DNA of 64,000 nt, from assembly GCA_021298315.1 (NCBI GenBank), contig JAJTFC010000007.1, forward strand, positions 2,819-66,818. Direction: 5' to 3'. The notes under the pieces are model-generated. The model searched no databases and had not been told where the DNA came from. It worked only from the letters and a program-made list of their open reading frames with translations. The stretch is from Planctomycetaceae bacterium (GTDB taxonomy: Bacteria > Planctomycetota > Planctomycetia > Pirellulales > Pirellulaceae). Below, in pieces: positions 10,448 through 20,299 of the stretch. Both the position numbers and the translations under genes were made by a program. Positions within the stretch are counted from its first letter, which is position 1; each line of letters starts with the position of its first letter.

Positions 10448-11836
10448 TCAAGGCAATAGAAATCCAAAGCTGACCATAAACCGGTTGGCGTCAGAATCAT
10501 CACCGCTGAAGTTGGCTCGCGAGCCCCAAAGGTACTCTGCACCTGCAAAGCCGTAGGGGTTGGGTTGCCAAATCAGGTTCACCGCGAAGTATTGCAAACG
10601 GTGGACACTATCGAGCGATTGTCCAGGTAGATTTGATACGGTTCCTTCGCTTACGGTCAAGTTCGTCGACCACTTGTCGTTCCATTGGTGAGTCAGTCCC
10701 GAGTACCAAGCGAGTGAGTCAAGAGCCCTGCCCTCGTTGGTGCTGACCAACGCATAGTCTGGCAAATCGCGATAGCTGCCTATCCCTTGCCCCCATAACA
10801 CGCCACCATAAGTCCGACAGCGTTTGGCGATGTCGTAGAAGAAGGTTCCGTTGAGTCCTCCGCCTGGGCCGGTTCGTACCGGTTGACCAGTGGGTTCATA
10901 AGCCAACTGACGGCCCAAAGCGGCCAATTGAATTTGCCCTCGCTCGCCGGTGTAGCGTATTCGAGTCACCAAGTCTGGTAACGGGTTGCGAGCCGTGCCC
11001 AAGTCGTTTTGAACGAGAAACTCATCGGGCTGGACGTTTGGATTCTCGACAGACGTTGACCAAGACCAACGATCGTCATACCACTTGCGAGTGTACCTGA
11101 GTTGAGCTTGTCTGCGTCCAATGCTAGCCACATCCCCGACGTTATCGAGCGTATTGGGAAGTGCTGCGCGGTGGGTGAAGGTTGTCCAGGTTTGTCCGAC
11201 AATCCATCGATTGTACTCCCCGTAAGCGTGCCTTAAGCGAAACGTGTTGCCTTGGCCATAAAAGTCTCCTTCGACCATGAATCGCAGTGGTGTTCCCGCT
11301 TCAGTGACCCAGCGAGCATCCATATTCAGACGCGTTTGACGAGCATGAAAGCGAGTGTTTGTGCGTTCCAGAGCATTGACCGGTATGGTCGCAGGATCGA
11401 AAAAATCGGTCGAGTCGATCGGGTCGAAATCATGGATCAAGTCGGCCTTGACATAGCCACCGAATTTCACTGCCCATCGGTCTTTGGTAACGAGCAATCC
11501 ATTGCGATAACTTTTGGGGAACTCGTTAAAGTTCAGTCCCATGCTCAGCGCATCGGTTTCAGAGAATGCGCCACCGACAAAAGACCCTGGAGCATCGATC
11601 GCCCTCATGTCTGCCAAACCAGACATGCTCGACATATCGGAGTAGCCGTAACTCGATAAACCGCTCGGAAATGTTTCCTGCGGAATAGCGACTTGTTCGA
11701 CCGGTTCTGCGTCCAAGGGGTTTTGCGATGAACTATCGGTTGATAAAACCAATAGCATCATCCAGCAACCCAAGGCAACTCGAAGATCAAACACTCTCTT
11801 GAAACTCCGCTGACAAGGACGCCAAGATGTACGCAA
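10448..11836 (-). CDS. DcaP-family outer-membrane porin
   Basis: Motifs FGGYVKADLIHDF, ARQTRL, EGDF, RLRHAYG, GQTWTTF, RQAQLRY and AGAEYLWG are typical of DcaP-type trimeric porins. Confidence 0.8.
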   Translation of the reverse strand: MRTSWRPCQRSFKRVFDLRVALGCWMMLLVLSTDSSSQNPLDAEPVEQVAIPQETFPSGLSSYGYSDMSSMSGLADMRAIDAPGSFVGGAFSETDALSMGLNFNEFPKSYRNGLLVTKDRWAVKFGGYVKADLIHDFDPIDSTDFFDPATIPVNALERTNTRFHARQTRLNMDARWVTEAGTPLRFMVEGDFYGQGNTFRLRHAYGEYNRWIVGQTWTTFTHRAALPNTLDNVGDVASIGRRQAQLRYTRKWYDDRWSWSTSVENPNVQPDEFLVQNDLGTARNPLPDLVTRIRYTGERGQIQLAALGRQLAYEPTGQPVRTGPGGGLNGTFFYDIAKRCRTYGGVLWGQGIGSYRDLPDYALVSTNEGRALDSLAWYSGLTHQWNDKWSTNLTVSEGTVSNLPGQSLDSVHRLQYFAVNLIWQPNPYGFAGAEYLWGSRANFSGDDSDANRFMVSFGFLLP

Positions 11837-11854
11837 ACCGATTCAGCCGAGCGT

Positions 11855-13209
11855 TTAGAAGTTGTAATTGGCTCGCAGTCCGACCAAAAGTGCCGTATCC
11901 AACTTCTCTCGCGAGGGAGCCAAGACTTGAATGTCTGGGGTGATCGTTAAACGCTTGGCAGTGGTTATGTTGTAGAACATCTCGACGCCTTGTCCGTCGG
12001 CAAATCCCCCAAAAATCGTATTGATAAATGGAGCGATGTCATTGCTGGTAGCGGCATAGTAATAACCGACGCCAAAAGAATCCCTCTGGCGTGTTTGCAA
12101 GGGGCTCGAACCACCGATACCACCGCTGAGGAAATACCCCAGTGGGTTGGTTCCTTGGTCGGCAATACCGGCCCGACCAAAGTAGCCCCAACCCCGCTTG
12201 GGATTCGATGAGTCGGTGACCAAGTACTGGTCGCAGTTCCAAAACAAGGACCATGAGCCAGACTGCTTAGCGATCGGGACGTTTGGAAACAAAATCCGTG
12301 GGTCTTGATCCAACGCAGTATACTCGCGACTGTTCCATGTCCCGGCGATAAGTTGGTGACCAGGTTTGCCGAAAAAGTTCGTCGGCACACGCATCTCACT
12401 CGATAGAACCACACCATCATTGAAGAGTTGGTCAAACCCTGCAGTGCGATCGGGTTTACGACAAAGGCCCCGTTGGAGAACTGACGAATCCCGCGACCAT
12501 GCGCAAATGCATTCATGTCGCCATCGAGAGTATCGAGCTTGCCCGCATACAACACAAAGCTTTCCGATAGAGCTTGGGTGAACAAGCAATTCGTCAAGTA
12601 AACGTTGGTGCTATCGAGCACCGGCAGATCTCCAGCGATCGTCGGTGGCAAAACCACTCCCGCCGCGTCGTTGATCGTTTCTCCGAAACGATGCTCGGCT
12701 CGAAGTTTCAGAAACGCTCCCTGCTTCCCGATGAGCTTACCGAAGTCGAAATTCGCTACGTAATCGCCATGGCCGGCGTATCTGAAATCCCGCTCCGCAC
12801 CTCCAGCGGTATTCCCAAAGTAGAATTGCGTGAGATTGTTTTGGAAGGCAAGTCCGTTTTGTTCCCAATCTTTTCGCATGGCCCCGAGGCCTGGAAACAA
12901 AAGGCACCCAGTGTCGGATGCTCCACCGAGTGAGTCGCAACCTCCCCCTGCCGTATCGCATGAGGGCTTACCAAGTCCGCTTGTGTCGCAGGCCTCGTTG
13001 GTGGCAGTGCCACTTTGTGCCACATCGCATTGGGGTGTATCGCACGTTGGTAAGCCGGCAGCATGGCTGGCGGGCGATACCCTCATGGGCTCTTGTGCAT
13101 TTGCAGAAACGCTAGCAAATGATGCGCAAACGCTCACGCCAAGGGCGCTTGCAAGACGAAGAGAATGTTGTAATTCGATGAGAAAACGCTGCCTGTTATG
13201 CATCTTCAT
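11855..13209 (-). pseudogene. OprB-family carbohydrate-selective porin, frameshifted by an apparent internal deletion at ~12441-12448
   Basis: The N-terminal half (TQFYFG, YAGKLDTLDGDMNAFAHGRG..NPIAL) is in ORF 11965..13209. The C-terminal half (AGFDQLFNDG..RDSFGVGYYY..GVEMFYN..ITPDIQV..GLRANYNF) is in another frame, ORF 11855..12589. Confidence 0.8.
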
Positions 13210-13367
13210 AAGATCTACCCGCCCCTTTGAACCGATCGCAATCCTTTACTTTGGCGGTGGACAAGCCACCTGCTAGGGTTGACTATCGGCGTTGGGAAGT
13301 TCCGCGCGTGAGGTTTATGACTCCAAAAAACCCATCGAATCGAATATTTCAAAAAAGAAACGTAGAT

Positions 13368-15215
13368 TTACTCAAGGTTGATTCGATCGGAAGTGAACTC
13401 CACGAGGGTGCCGCTGAGTGGATGCACAAAGGCAAGTTTCCACGCGTGCAAAAGCATCGGGGCTGAATGGTTATCCCGTGTTTCGCAATACGCTAATGTT
13501 TCGTTTTCTAGAACTGCATGCGGTGGGTTCGATGTCGTCTGTTGGCTAACTCCTCCAGGCAAATAAAGAGGATCGCCGATGACAGGATGGCCAAGGGCCG
13601 CTAGGTGCAAGCGGATTTGATGGGTTCTGCCCGTCAGGGGCCGAGCCTCAATCAAACTCCGATCATCCTGAGTTCCAATCCGCTTAAACTCCGTTACTGC
13701 CGATTGTCCTGCCGGATCCAAGGCGCGTCCACCATTAGGAAGCGTTGCAGGTGCGATTGCCAAATCGCATTGGATGTTGTGCCAATCGGGGATCCCTTGT
13801 ACCCAAGCCAAGTAGGTTTTTTGGACACTGCCGTCGGCAAACTGTGACTGCACCTTGGACGCGAAAGCATACTTGCGAGTAAATACAACCAAGCCCGTAG
13901 TCATCGCATCGATGCGGTGGGCTGGACGGAGTTTTTCTGGGAAGTAGGCTTGGTGCAAGATCCACTGGAGCGAATGTTTTTGGTATCTGCCCGAGGGGTG
14001 CAAAGGCAAAGGTGCGCTTTTATCGATCACGACAATCGCCTCATCCTCATGCACCAGCAGGATATCTGGGTTGATCGGAGGTTCGGTGTAGTTAGGAATT
14101 GCGTGCAAGAATCGTTGTCCTTCGTTGACCACAAAATCCGGTTCGACTTTGAGGGTCTTCCATTGGGACTTGGTCGCCGCCGGAGCGGTGATCTCGCCGG
14201 ATCGGATTGCATCGAGCCATTGCTGTTTGCTGTATGGGGGGTAGATCTCTTGAAGGGCATCGATCAAAAGCATCCCTGCGCAGCGACGTGGTACCGAGAT
14301 CCAGCGGCGGTTCTCGTAGGCATGGCATCCAGGTTGCTCGGCGGCGATCTTACGGATTTGATCTTGTCTAGCAAGTTTAGCGGTTAGGGCCGTTTGCGTC
14401 TTGCTTTGATAGCAGTAGGGACAACTGATCCCTTCCTGATACATCGGAGAGTTGCACTCTTGGAGCGACAGCACATGTTTGCAAGCGAAGCACTCGTAGA
14501 TATCTGTGGGAGCAAGGCTAGGATCCAGCGCCACGCGTTGGTCGAAGACGAAGCAAGTGCCTTGGTAGTGTTCTTGTTGGCACTCTTCGAAGTACTTGAG
14601 AATTCCTCCTTCGAGTTGATAGATCTGTTCAAAGCCGAGGCCTTTCATGTACGGTCCGATTTTCTCGCATCGGATCCCACCGGTGCAGAACATCACCACA
14701 GGTTGTTTTTTGACTTCGTCGGGCAAAGCGGCGGCGGCGGCGGGAAACTCCCGAAAGTTCTTCAGGTTCAGATCGATCGCACCTTGGAAGGTTCCCAAGG
14801 AGACTTCGTAATCATTGCGAGTATCCAAGAGGGCCACAGGACGTTTCTCATCCAACCAGCGCTTTAATTCTTTTGGAGGAAGTTTCGGCGAAGCGTTCGG
14901 CTCAGGATCGATATCCGGGCAACCCACCGGGATAATCTCCTGCTTGATCTTCACGAGCATACGGTTGAAGGGTTGGTAGTCGGTGAGGCTCTCTTTGATG
15001 GGTAGTTTCTCAAAACCGGGGATGTTTCGAATGGATTCCAAGACCTTATCGACTCCATCGCGAGGGCCGGCGATGAACAAGTTGATCCCTTCGTGGCTAA
15101 GAAGGATTGTCCCTTTGAGGTCGCACTGGTCGCACAAGGCGCGAAGGGACTCTCTGCGATGTTGCAATTGATCCAGAGGATGGAATTGATAGGCGGCGAT
15201 GTTGACGATCGGCAT
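13368..15215 (-). CDS. Fusion of a TrhO-like rhodanese-domain tRNA hydroxylase and an RluA-family pseudouridine synthase
   Basis: N-terminal LKGTILLSHEGIN, LDTRNDYE, FCTGGIRCEK, LEGGILKYFE, CFVFDQR. C-terminal DKSAPLPLHP, HRIDAMTTG, PLTGRTHQIRLH, GDPLY, LHAWKL. Start at MPIVNIAAY. Confidence 0.88.
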   Translation of the reverse strand: MPIVNIAAYQFHPLDQLQHRRESLRALCDQCDLKGTILLSHEGINLFIAGPRDGVDKVLESIRNIPGFEKLPIKESLTDYQPFNRMLVKIKQEIIPVGCPDIDPEPNASPKLPPKELKRWLDEKRPVALLDTRNDYEVSLGTFQGAIDLNLKNFREFPAAAAALPDEVKKQPVVMFCTGGIRCEKIGPYMKGLGFEQIYQLEGGILKYFEECQQEHYQGTCFVFDQRVALDPSLAPTDIYECFACKHVLSLQECNSPMYQEGISCPYCYQSKTQTALTAKLARQDQIRKIAAEQPGCHAYENRRWISVPRRCAGMLLIDALQEIYPPYSKQQWLDAIRSGEITAPAATKSQWKTLKVEPDFVVNEGQRFLHAIPNYTEPPINPDILLVHEDEAIVVIDKSAPLPLHPSGRYQKHSLQWILHQAYFPEKLRPAHRIDAMTTGLVVFTRKYAFASKVQSQFADGSVQKTYLAWVQGIPDWHNIQCDLAIAPATLPNGGRALDPAGQSAVTEFKRIGTQDDRSLIEARPLTGRTHQIRLHLAALGHPVIGDPLYLPGGVSQQTTSNPPHAVLENETLAYCETRDNHSAPMLLHAWKLAFVHPLSGTLVEFTSDRINLE

Positions 15216-15327
15216 TCGCGGTGGACTTTGGGGCGGTAGGAGGCACTCAAACTCAAAGCCCAATTTTAATCTTGATCGAGCAAATGCGTAGGTCAACGCT
15301 CCGTTTCCTGACCGATCCCAAAGTCGC

Positions 15328-15521
15328 AGGCACATTCCATGTGCCGTCCGCGGGTGGCTCGAAGTCCACCTAATTAAATCGGGTGAACGGCACATGGAAT
15401 GTGCCTACGCTACTCGTCCGCCTGCGGCGGACGAGTAGCGTCACTGATGAAGTGACGATTGCTCTGGTTCCAAGCAGTGATTTCGGAGAAATCACCGACA
15501 CTCGTCCGCCTGCGGCGGACG
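15328..15521. repeat. Cluster of REP-like inverted repeats and hairpins
   Basis: Perfect 20-bp inverted pair AGGCACATTCCATGTGCCGT (15328-47) / ACGGCACATGGAATGTGCCT (15387-406). A 16-bp stem ACGCTACTCGTCCGCC-TGC-GGCGGACGAGTAGCGT (15407-441). A second copy of its core at 15500-15521. Confidence 0.85.
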
Positions 15522-15545
15522 CGATGGATTTGGACGGCTTTGACC

Positions 15546-16145
15546 TTATTGGCGATCGATGTCGACAATGTTCACAGCGTCCTGGCTGGAACTTGTCAAG
15601 AAGTAACCCAGAAGCCCTCCTGCGATGGCGCTGGTGAGATGTCCGTCCCAAGAAACATGCTCACCGACGGTTGGTAAGACGCCCGATAACAGTGTTCCGC
15701 CATAGAGAAAGCCGACGACCAAGGCCGCAATGGCTGGCCCAAAGCGGCCTTGGCGAAATCCCGCAGCCATCAGATAAGCGATCAGCCCATAGATCAGACC
15801 ACTGGCCCCGACATGCACCGCCGGTCTTCCAAAGATCCACAACAACAAACCTCCGAGCAAGACGATCTGCAAGACGATCAGCCATCCATCTTTTTGCGTG
15901 GCTAAGAGCAATGCCAGGAGGATCATCAGCGGTAGAAAATTACTCAGTAAGTGGCTCAGGTCGCCATGCAAAAAGGGACTGAAAAGGATCCCCCAAAGCC
16001 CCCCCAAATCGCGTGGGGTAATCCCCCATCGATTTAGATCCGCTGGTAAAATCCAGTCGGCGATAAAGACCAGCCAAAGGGCCGCTGCGAAGACTCCGAT
16101 CCTCGCACCGGAAAGCTTAAGCTTCTCGAAAATCGACTGCTGCAT
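15546..16145 (-). CDS. Rhomboid family intramembrane serine protease
   Basis: Motifs PFLHGDLSHLLSN, GASG (catalytic Ser) and SWDGHL (catalytic His). Confidence 0.9.
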   Translation of the reverse strand: MQQSIFEKLKLSGARIGVFAAALWLVFIADWILPADLNRWGITPRDLGGLWGILFSPFLHGDLSHLLSNFLPLMILLALLLATQKDGWLIVLQIVLLGGLLLWIFGRPAVHVGASGLIYGLIAYLMAAGFRQGRFGPAIAALVVGFLYGGTLLSGVLPTVGEHVSWDGHLTSAIAGGLLGYFLTSSSQDAVNIVDIDRQ

Positions 16146-16154
16146 GGTGCAACC

Positions 16155-16964
16155 TTAAGACCTCAAGAGCCGCAAGGCCTTCGAGTCCTTGTACAGACCG
16201 GTTTGTCCTCGAAACAGAATTTCCATTTCCCCTGTGACGCCCCTGCATTCGACATCGGCAGGCTGGCTTGCAAGTTGCTCTGTCGAGATGATGTCCCCGA
16301 CTTCTAGCTGCCGTAGTTCCGTTCGCTCGATGGCCGATCGTGCAAGGATCGCATGGAGTGTCACGCTCTGATCGCTACCGAATACCAATCGACCAAAATG
16401 CTGCTTGATGAAGGACTCAGGGATAAGCCACTGGCCTTGCCAACGGCCTAATTGAAAACAAACCCGTATCGATTCATGCGCCGGGTTCTCATCGTTTAAA
16501 AGCAACCGAGCACGGGGTTGCATCGGAGGCGGTTCTATTTGCCAAAGATCCAAGCATGCATAGGCGAGTTCCTCAAGTGCGTAGCTGGCAACCTTCGAGT
16601 CGATCGAACTGACGACTCGGCCCACAGATTCTTTGCTCGAAGCTAAAGACGAGTCTGGAGATTCGTTTGCCGAAGCTCCCAAGAGCCGATCGATCCAATG
16701 GTAAACACAACTCGACTGAATACTTAAGATCCACGGATCACTCGCATCTGGAATATCGAGCTTGAAATCGAGCATCGAAGCATCACTTGTGGGAACTAGC
16801 CCTGAGGCGCTTCGAATCGCATCGATTTGAGCGATATCGATTTGCACGGGTGATCCGAGCAAGTTCGTAAGCCGCTTCGAGGCAACTGTCGCCCAGGCTC
16901 GATAGATTCCCTCGATAGGAGGGGCAAGCCTAGAGAACCAACGCTCTAGATTCGTTGAAGACAT
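16155..16964 (-). CDS. Divergent FliM/FliN (SpoA-domain) flagellar switch-like protein
   Basis: IDRLLG motif and C-terminal LARSAI..ELRQLEVGDII..LFRGQTG resembling FliM-C. Confidence 0.6.
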   Translation of the reverse strand: MSSTNLERWFSRLAPPIEGIYRAWATVASKRLTNLLGSPVQIDIAQIDAIRSASGLVPTSDASMLDFKLDIPDASDPWILSIQSSCVYHWIDRLLGASANESPDSSLASSKESVGRVVSSIDSKVASYALEELAYACLDLWQIEPPPMQPRARLLLNDENPAHESIRVCFQLGRWQGQWLIPESFIKQHFGRLVFGSDQSVTLHAILARSAIERTELRQLEVGDIISTEQLASQPADVECRGVTGEMEILFRGQTGLYKDSKALRLLRS

Positions 16965-16985
16965 GGCTACATCCTTGTAAATGGC

Positions 16986-18251
16986 TTAGCTATCGCGAAC
17001 GTGACCGTCGCCCGTGACAATGTATTTGTAGGTCGTCAGCTCGGTCAGTCCACAAGGTCCCCGAGCGTGTAGCTTGTCGGTGCTGATTCCGATCTCGGCG
17101 CCAAGTCCGAATTGGCCACCATCGTTGAAACGCGTCGAAGCATTGACCATGACCACCGCAGAATCGACGCGGGATGTAAACCGCCTTGCTCTCTGAATGT
17201 CGTTGGTCATGATCGCATCAGTATGTTTCGAACCATAGGTATTGATGTGATCAATCGCCTCGTCGACATCGGCCACTACCTTGACGCTCATGATCGGGCC
17301 AAGATACTCTTGCCCCCAATCCTCTTGCGTGGCCGCACGAATCCCAGGCAGGATACTCATGGCCGCCTGATCCCCTCGCAACTCGATTCCAAAGGGGGCA
17401 AGATCCTTAGCAAGACTCAGGAGAAAGGCGTGTGCGATCGGTGCATCGACCAGCAGCGATTCGGCCGCATTGCAAACACCCATACGCTGAGTCTTGGCGT
17501 TGATGACCACTTGCCTGGCTTGTGCCAGGTCCGCTGCGCGGTCGACATACACGTGGCAATTGCCATCGAAGTGCTTGAGCACCGGCATGGTCGCTTCGGC
17601 ACTCACCCGTCGGACCAAAGACTCGCCCCCTCGAGGGATCACCAGATCGATCTGCTTGGATAATTTCAGCAGTTCGCCGACGGCTTGGCGGTCGGGAGTA
17701 GAGACCATTTGCAGAGCATTCTTGGGAATCCCGATCTGCTCGGCCGAAGCCTCAAGGACATCGAAAATCGCCTTTGAGGAATGGTAAGCTTCCTTGCCCC
17801 CTCGAAGGATGATTGCGTTGCCGCTCTTGATAGCGATTGCGGCTGCATCGGCCGTGACATTGGGTCTAGACTCGTAGATGAAAAAGATCACGCCGATGGG
17901 AACTCGAACCTTTTGGATCTGCAGCCCATTAGGGCGGATCGATCCCCCCAGGCACTCTCCGACGGGATCGGGCAAGGCAGCCACGTCGCGGAGTCCCTGA
18001 GCGATCGATGCCAAGCGTTTTGGATCAAGCCGAAGTCGGTCGATCGACGCTTCCGTAAGACTCTCTTCGGATGCCTTGTGCAGATCCTTTGCATTGGCTT
18101 GTAGGATCGTTGCCTGCGACTCCTCGATTCGGCGTGCAGAATCGATCAGCCACCGGTTTTTCAGAGCCGAAGACAGCACTTGTAGCTCCAGTGCAGCGGC
18201 CTTGGCTCGCGTGGCCAGTTCCAGGCATTGCTGGCTAAGATTCGGATCCAT
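16986..18251 (-). CDS. proA: Gamma-glutamyl phosphate reductase
   Basis: Motifs PIGVIFFIYESRPNVT, ILRGGKEA, IPRGG, GVCNAAE, NASTRFNDG, GAEIGIST, LHARGP. Confidence 0.96.
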   Translation of the reverse strand: MDPNLSQQCLELATRAKAAALELQVLSSALKNRWLIDSARRIEESQATILQANAKDLHKASEESLTEASIDRLRLDPKRLASIAQGLRDVAALPDPVGECLGGSIRPNGLQIQKVRVPIGVIFFIYESRPNVTADAAAIAIKSGNAIILRGGKEAYHSSKAIFDVLEASAEQIGIPKNALQMVSTPDRQAVGELLKLSKQIDLVIPRGGESLVRRVSAEATMPVLKHFDGNCHVYVDRAADLAQARQVVINAKTQRMGVCNAAESLLVDAPIAHAFLLSLAKDLAPFGIELRGDQAAMSILPGIRAATQEDWGQEYLGPIMSVKVVADVDEAIDHINTYGSKHTDAIMTNDIQRARRFTSRVDSAVVMVNASTRFNDGGQFGLGAEIGISTDKLHARGPCGLTELTTYKYIVTGDGHVRDS

Positions 18252-18659
18252 CAGTTGGCTTGAAATCCCGGAGAAATGGAGTGCGGTCGGCAGGAAAAAG
18301 TCAATGGAAGTATGGAAAAAGCCCTACTGGGGGTCAATGGGGATTCAAGACCGCAGGGCCCTTTGTTGCCTGGATACAACTTGGGCATGTTGCAAAAAAA
18401 CAACGGATGTGGAATTTTTCAACCCTGTGAAGTGGTTAGATCGAGGGGAACAAAAAAGGTTTTTTGCGGTTTTCCCAGGGGAAAACCGTTGATTTATGGT
18501 CTCTTCGACGCGAACAATGGCTCGATGGCACGCCGGTCGCTCCACTTGGATTCTATCACCGCCAGTTTACCGATTAGGCCCCTGGGTTCGCTCTACGGCC
18601 CGATCGTCTTGGCGTCCATCATGATCCACCACAGAGAGCCCGTGCAAGTAGTCCTTCTT

Positions 18660-20297
18660 ATGCCAAAACGAGCCACCCGCCAGCCCCGAAACGATCAACC
18701 CCAGGCTTCCGAAGAGTCGTACTTTGAAGAGGATCGCGACTTGATCGATGCGATTCCTGGGGGAATGGAATTCGAGATTGACGAGTCCGAAGGCTTATCG
18801 AGCCAAGCGGCACCCAGCGATGAGGATCTCCTTGAGGATGATCTTGAGGATTACTTTGCTGAGGACGAAGGGGTCGTCGATGCGACGGAGGATCCGGTAC
18901 GGATGTATTTGATGCAGATGGGTGAGATCCCTTTGCTCACACGCCAGCAGGAGGTCACCGCAGCGCGGCACATCGAGCAGACGAGGTTCTTTTATCGCAA
19001 CTGGATGTTATCGACCGATTTCATGCTCCAGGGAGCGACCAAGTTGCTCGAACAAGTTCGCGATGGTCGCCTTAGGCTCGACCGGACGATCGAGGTGAGT
19101 GTCACGAACGCTTCGGAAAAGATCGCGATCATGCGTAGGATTGGTCCGAACATCAAAACGCTTCGGCATCTTCTGCAACGCAATTACAGCGACTTTCACA
19201 CCGCCATCAGTCGAAGAATTTCTATGACGGAGCGACGAGCAGCCTGGAAGCGGCTCGTGGTGCGCCGCAACAAAGCGGTGCGGCTGATCGAAGAGATGAA
19301 TCTTCGAACCAATCGGCTCGAGCCGATGTTCCAAAAACTCAGAACCATCGAACACCAGATGCAGACGCTCAAGTCCCGATTGGCACAAGCCAAGCGAACG
19401 GGGTTTGTCGAAGGCACGACGGTCGAGCAGATGCTAAGAGAGCTCCGTTATCTGATGCGGATTACTTATGAAACACCCGCTACTTTGCAGCGTAGAGTCC
19501 AGCGAGTGAGCAACTATCGATGCGATTACGATGCGGCCAAGAGGGATCTTTCAGCGGGCAACTTGCGACTGGTTGTATCGATCGCCAAAAAGTATCGCAA
19601 CCGTGGCTTGAGCTTCTTGGATTTGATCCAAGAAGGGAATACCGGTTTGATGCGAGCCGTCGATAAATTTGAGTATGCCCGTGGTTTTAAATTTTCTACC
19701 TATGCCACTTGGTGGATCCGGCAAGCCATCACGCGTGCGATCGCCGATCAGAGCCGAACCATCCGCGTGCCTATCCATATGATCGATACGATGAGCAAAG
19801 TTCGTCAGATCACTCGCGAGTTGTACCAGGAACTCGGTCGAGCACCGTCGGTTGAAGAGACCGCCAAGAAAGCTGGAATGAGCATGGAAGACGCGCAGGT
19901 CGTGATCAAGATGGCTCGTCAGCCTCTGTCGCTCGATCAACCCGTTGGAGATCAAGACGACAGTTTCTTTGGAGAGTTTGTCGAAGACTATCGGGACAAC
20001 GATCCACTCTACGAAACGAATCAAACGACGCTCAAGCAGCAGATCCAAGATGCCATGCAGACGCTCAACTATCGAGAGAGAGAAATTCTCAAGCTTCGGT
20101 ACGGTCTAGCCGACGGGTATGCTTACACACTCGAGGAGGTCGGCAAGATCTTTCAGGTCACTCGCGAAAGAGTCCGTCAAATCGAAAGCAAAGCCGTCAA
20201 GAAGCTCCAGCATCCGCATCGAAGCAAATCTCTCGTGAGTTTCCTCGATGGAGCCGAGCTTCCTGAAGTCTTCGACCCGTTGCTCGGGGACAACTAA
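18660..20297 (+). CDS. RpoD/SigA-family sigma-70 factor
   Basis: Region 1.2 [11 protein letters not shown], region 2 [33 protein letters not shown], region 4 [16 protein letters not shown]. The start codon is uncertain (MPKRATRQ chosen). Confidence 0.93.
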   Translation: MPKRATRQPRNDQPQASEESYFEEDRDLIDAIPGGMEFEIDESEGLSSQAAPSDEDLLEDDLEDYFAEDEGVVDATEDPVRMYLMQMGEIPLLTRQQEVTAARHIEQTRFFYRNWMLSTDFMLQGATKLLEQVRDGRLRLDRTIEVSVTNASEKIAIMRRIGPNIKTLRHLLQRNYSDFHTAISRRISMTERRAAWKRLVVRRNKAVRLIEEMNLRTNRLEPMFQKLRTIEHQMQTLKSRLAQAKRTGFVEGTTVEQMLRELRYLMRITYETPATLQRRVQRVSNYRCDYDAAKRDLSAGNLRLVVSIAKKYRNRGLSFLDLIQEGNTGLMRAVDKFEYARGFKFSTYATWWIRQAITRAIADQSRTIRVPIHMIDTMSKVRQITRELYQELGRAPSVEETAKKAGMSMEDAQVVIKMARQPLSLDQPVGDQDDSFFGEFVEDYRDNDPLYETNQTTLKQQIQDAMQTLNYREREILKLRYGLADGYAYTLEEVGKIFQVTRERVRQIESKAVKKLQHPHRSKSLVSFLDGAELPEVFDPLLGDN

Positions 20298-20299
20298 GA

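Noticed and set aside
11855-12589. Independent 244-aa gene, or programmed frameshift in oprB
   Set aside because: Only the part after ~12448 is porin-like. There is no slippery run at the junction and sequence appears to be missing, so a deletion is the better explanation.
18276-18659. Long N-terminal extensions given by the ORF track (sigma factor; likewise corA, kdsA, mutY, epmA, trhO-rluA)
   Set aside because: The extensions overlap promoter regions, repeats or neighbouring genes and lack family similarity, so downstream starts were chosen.
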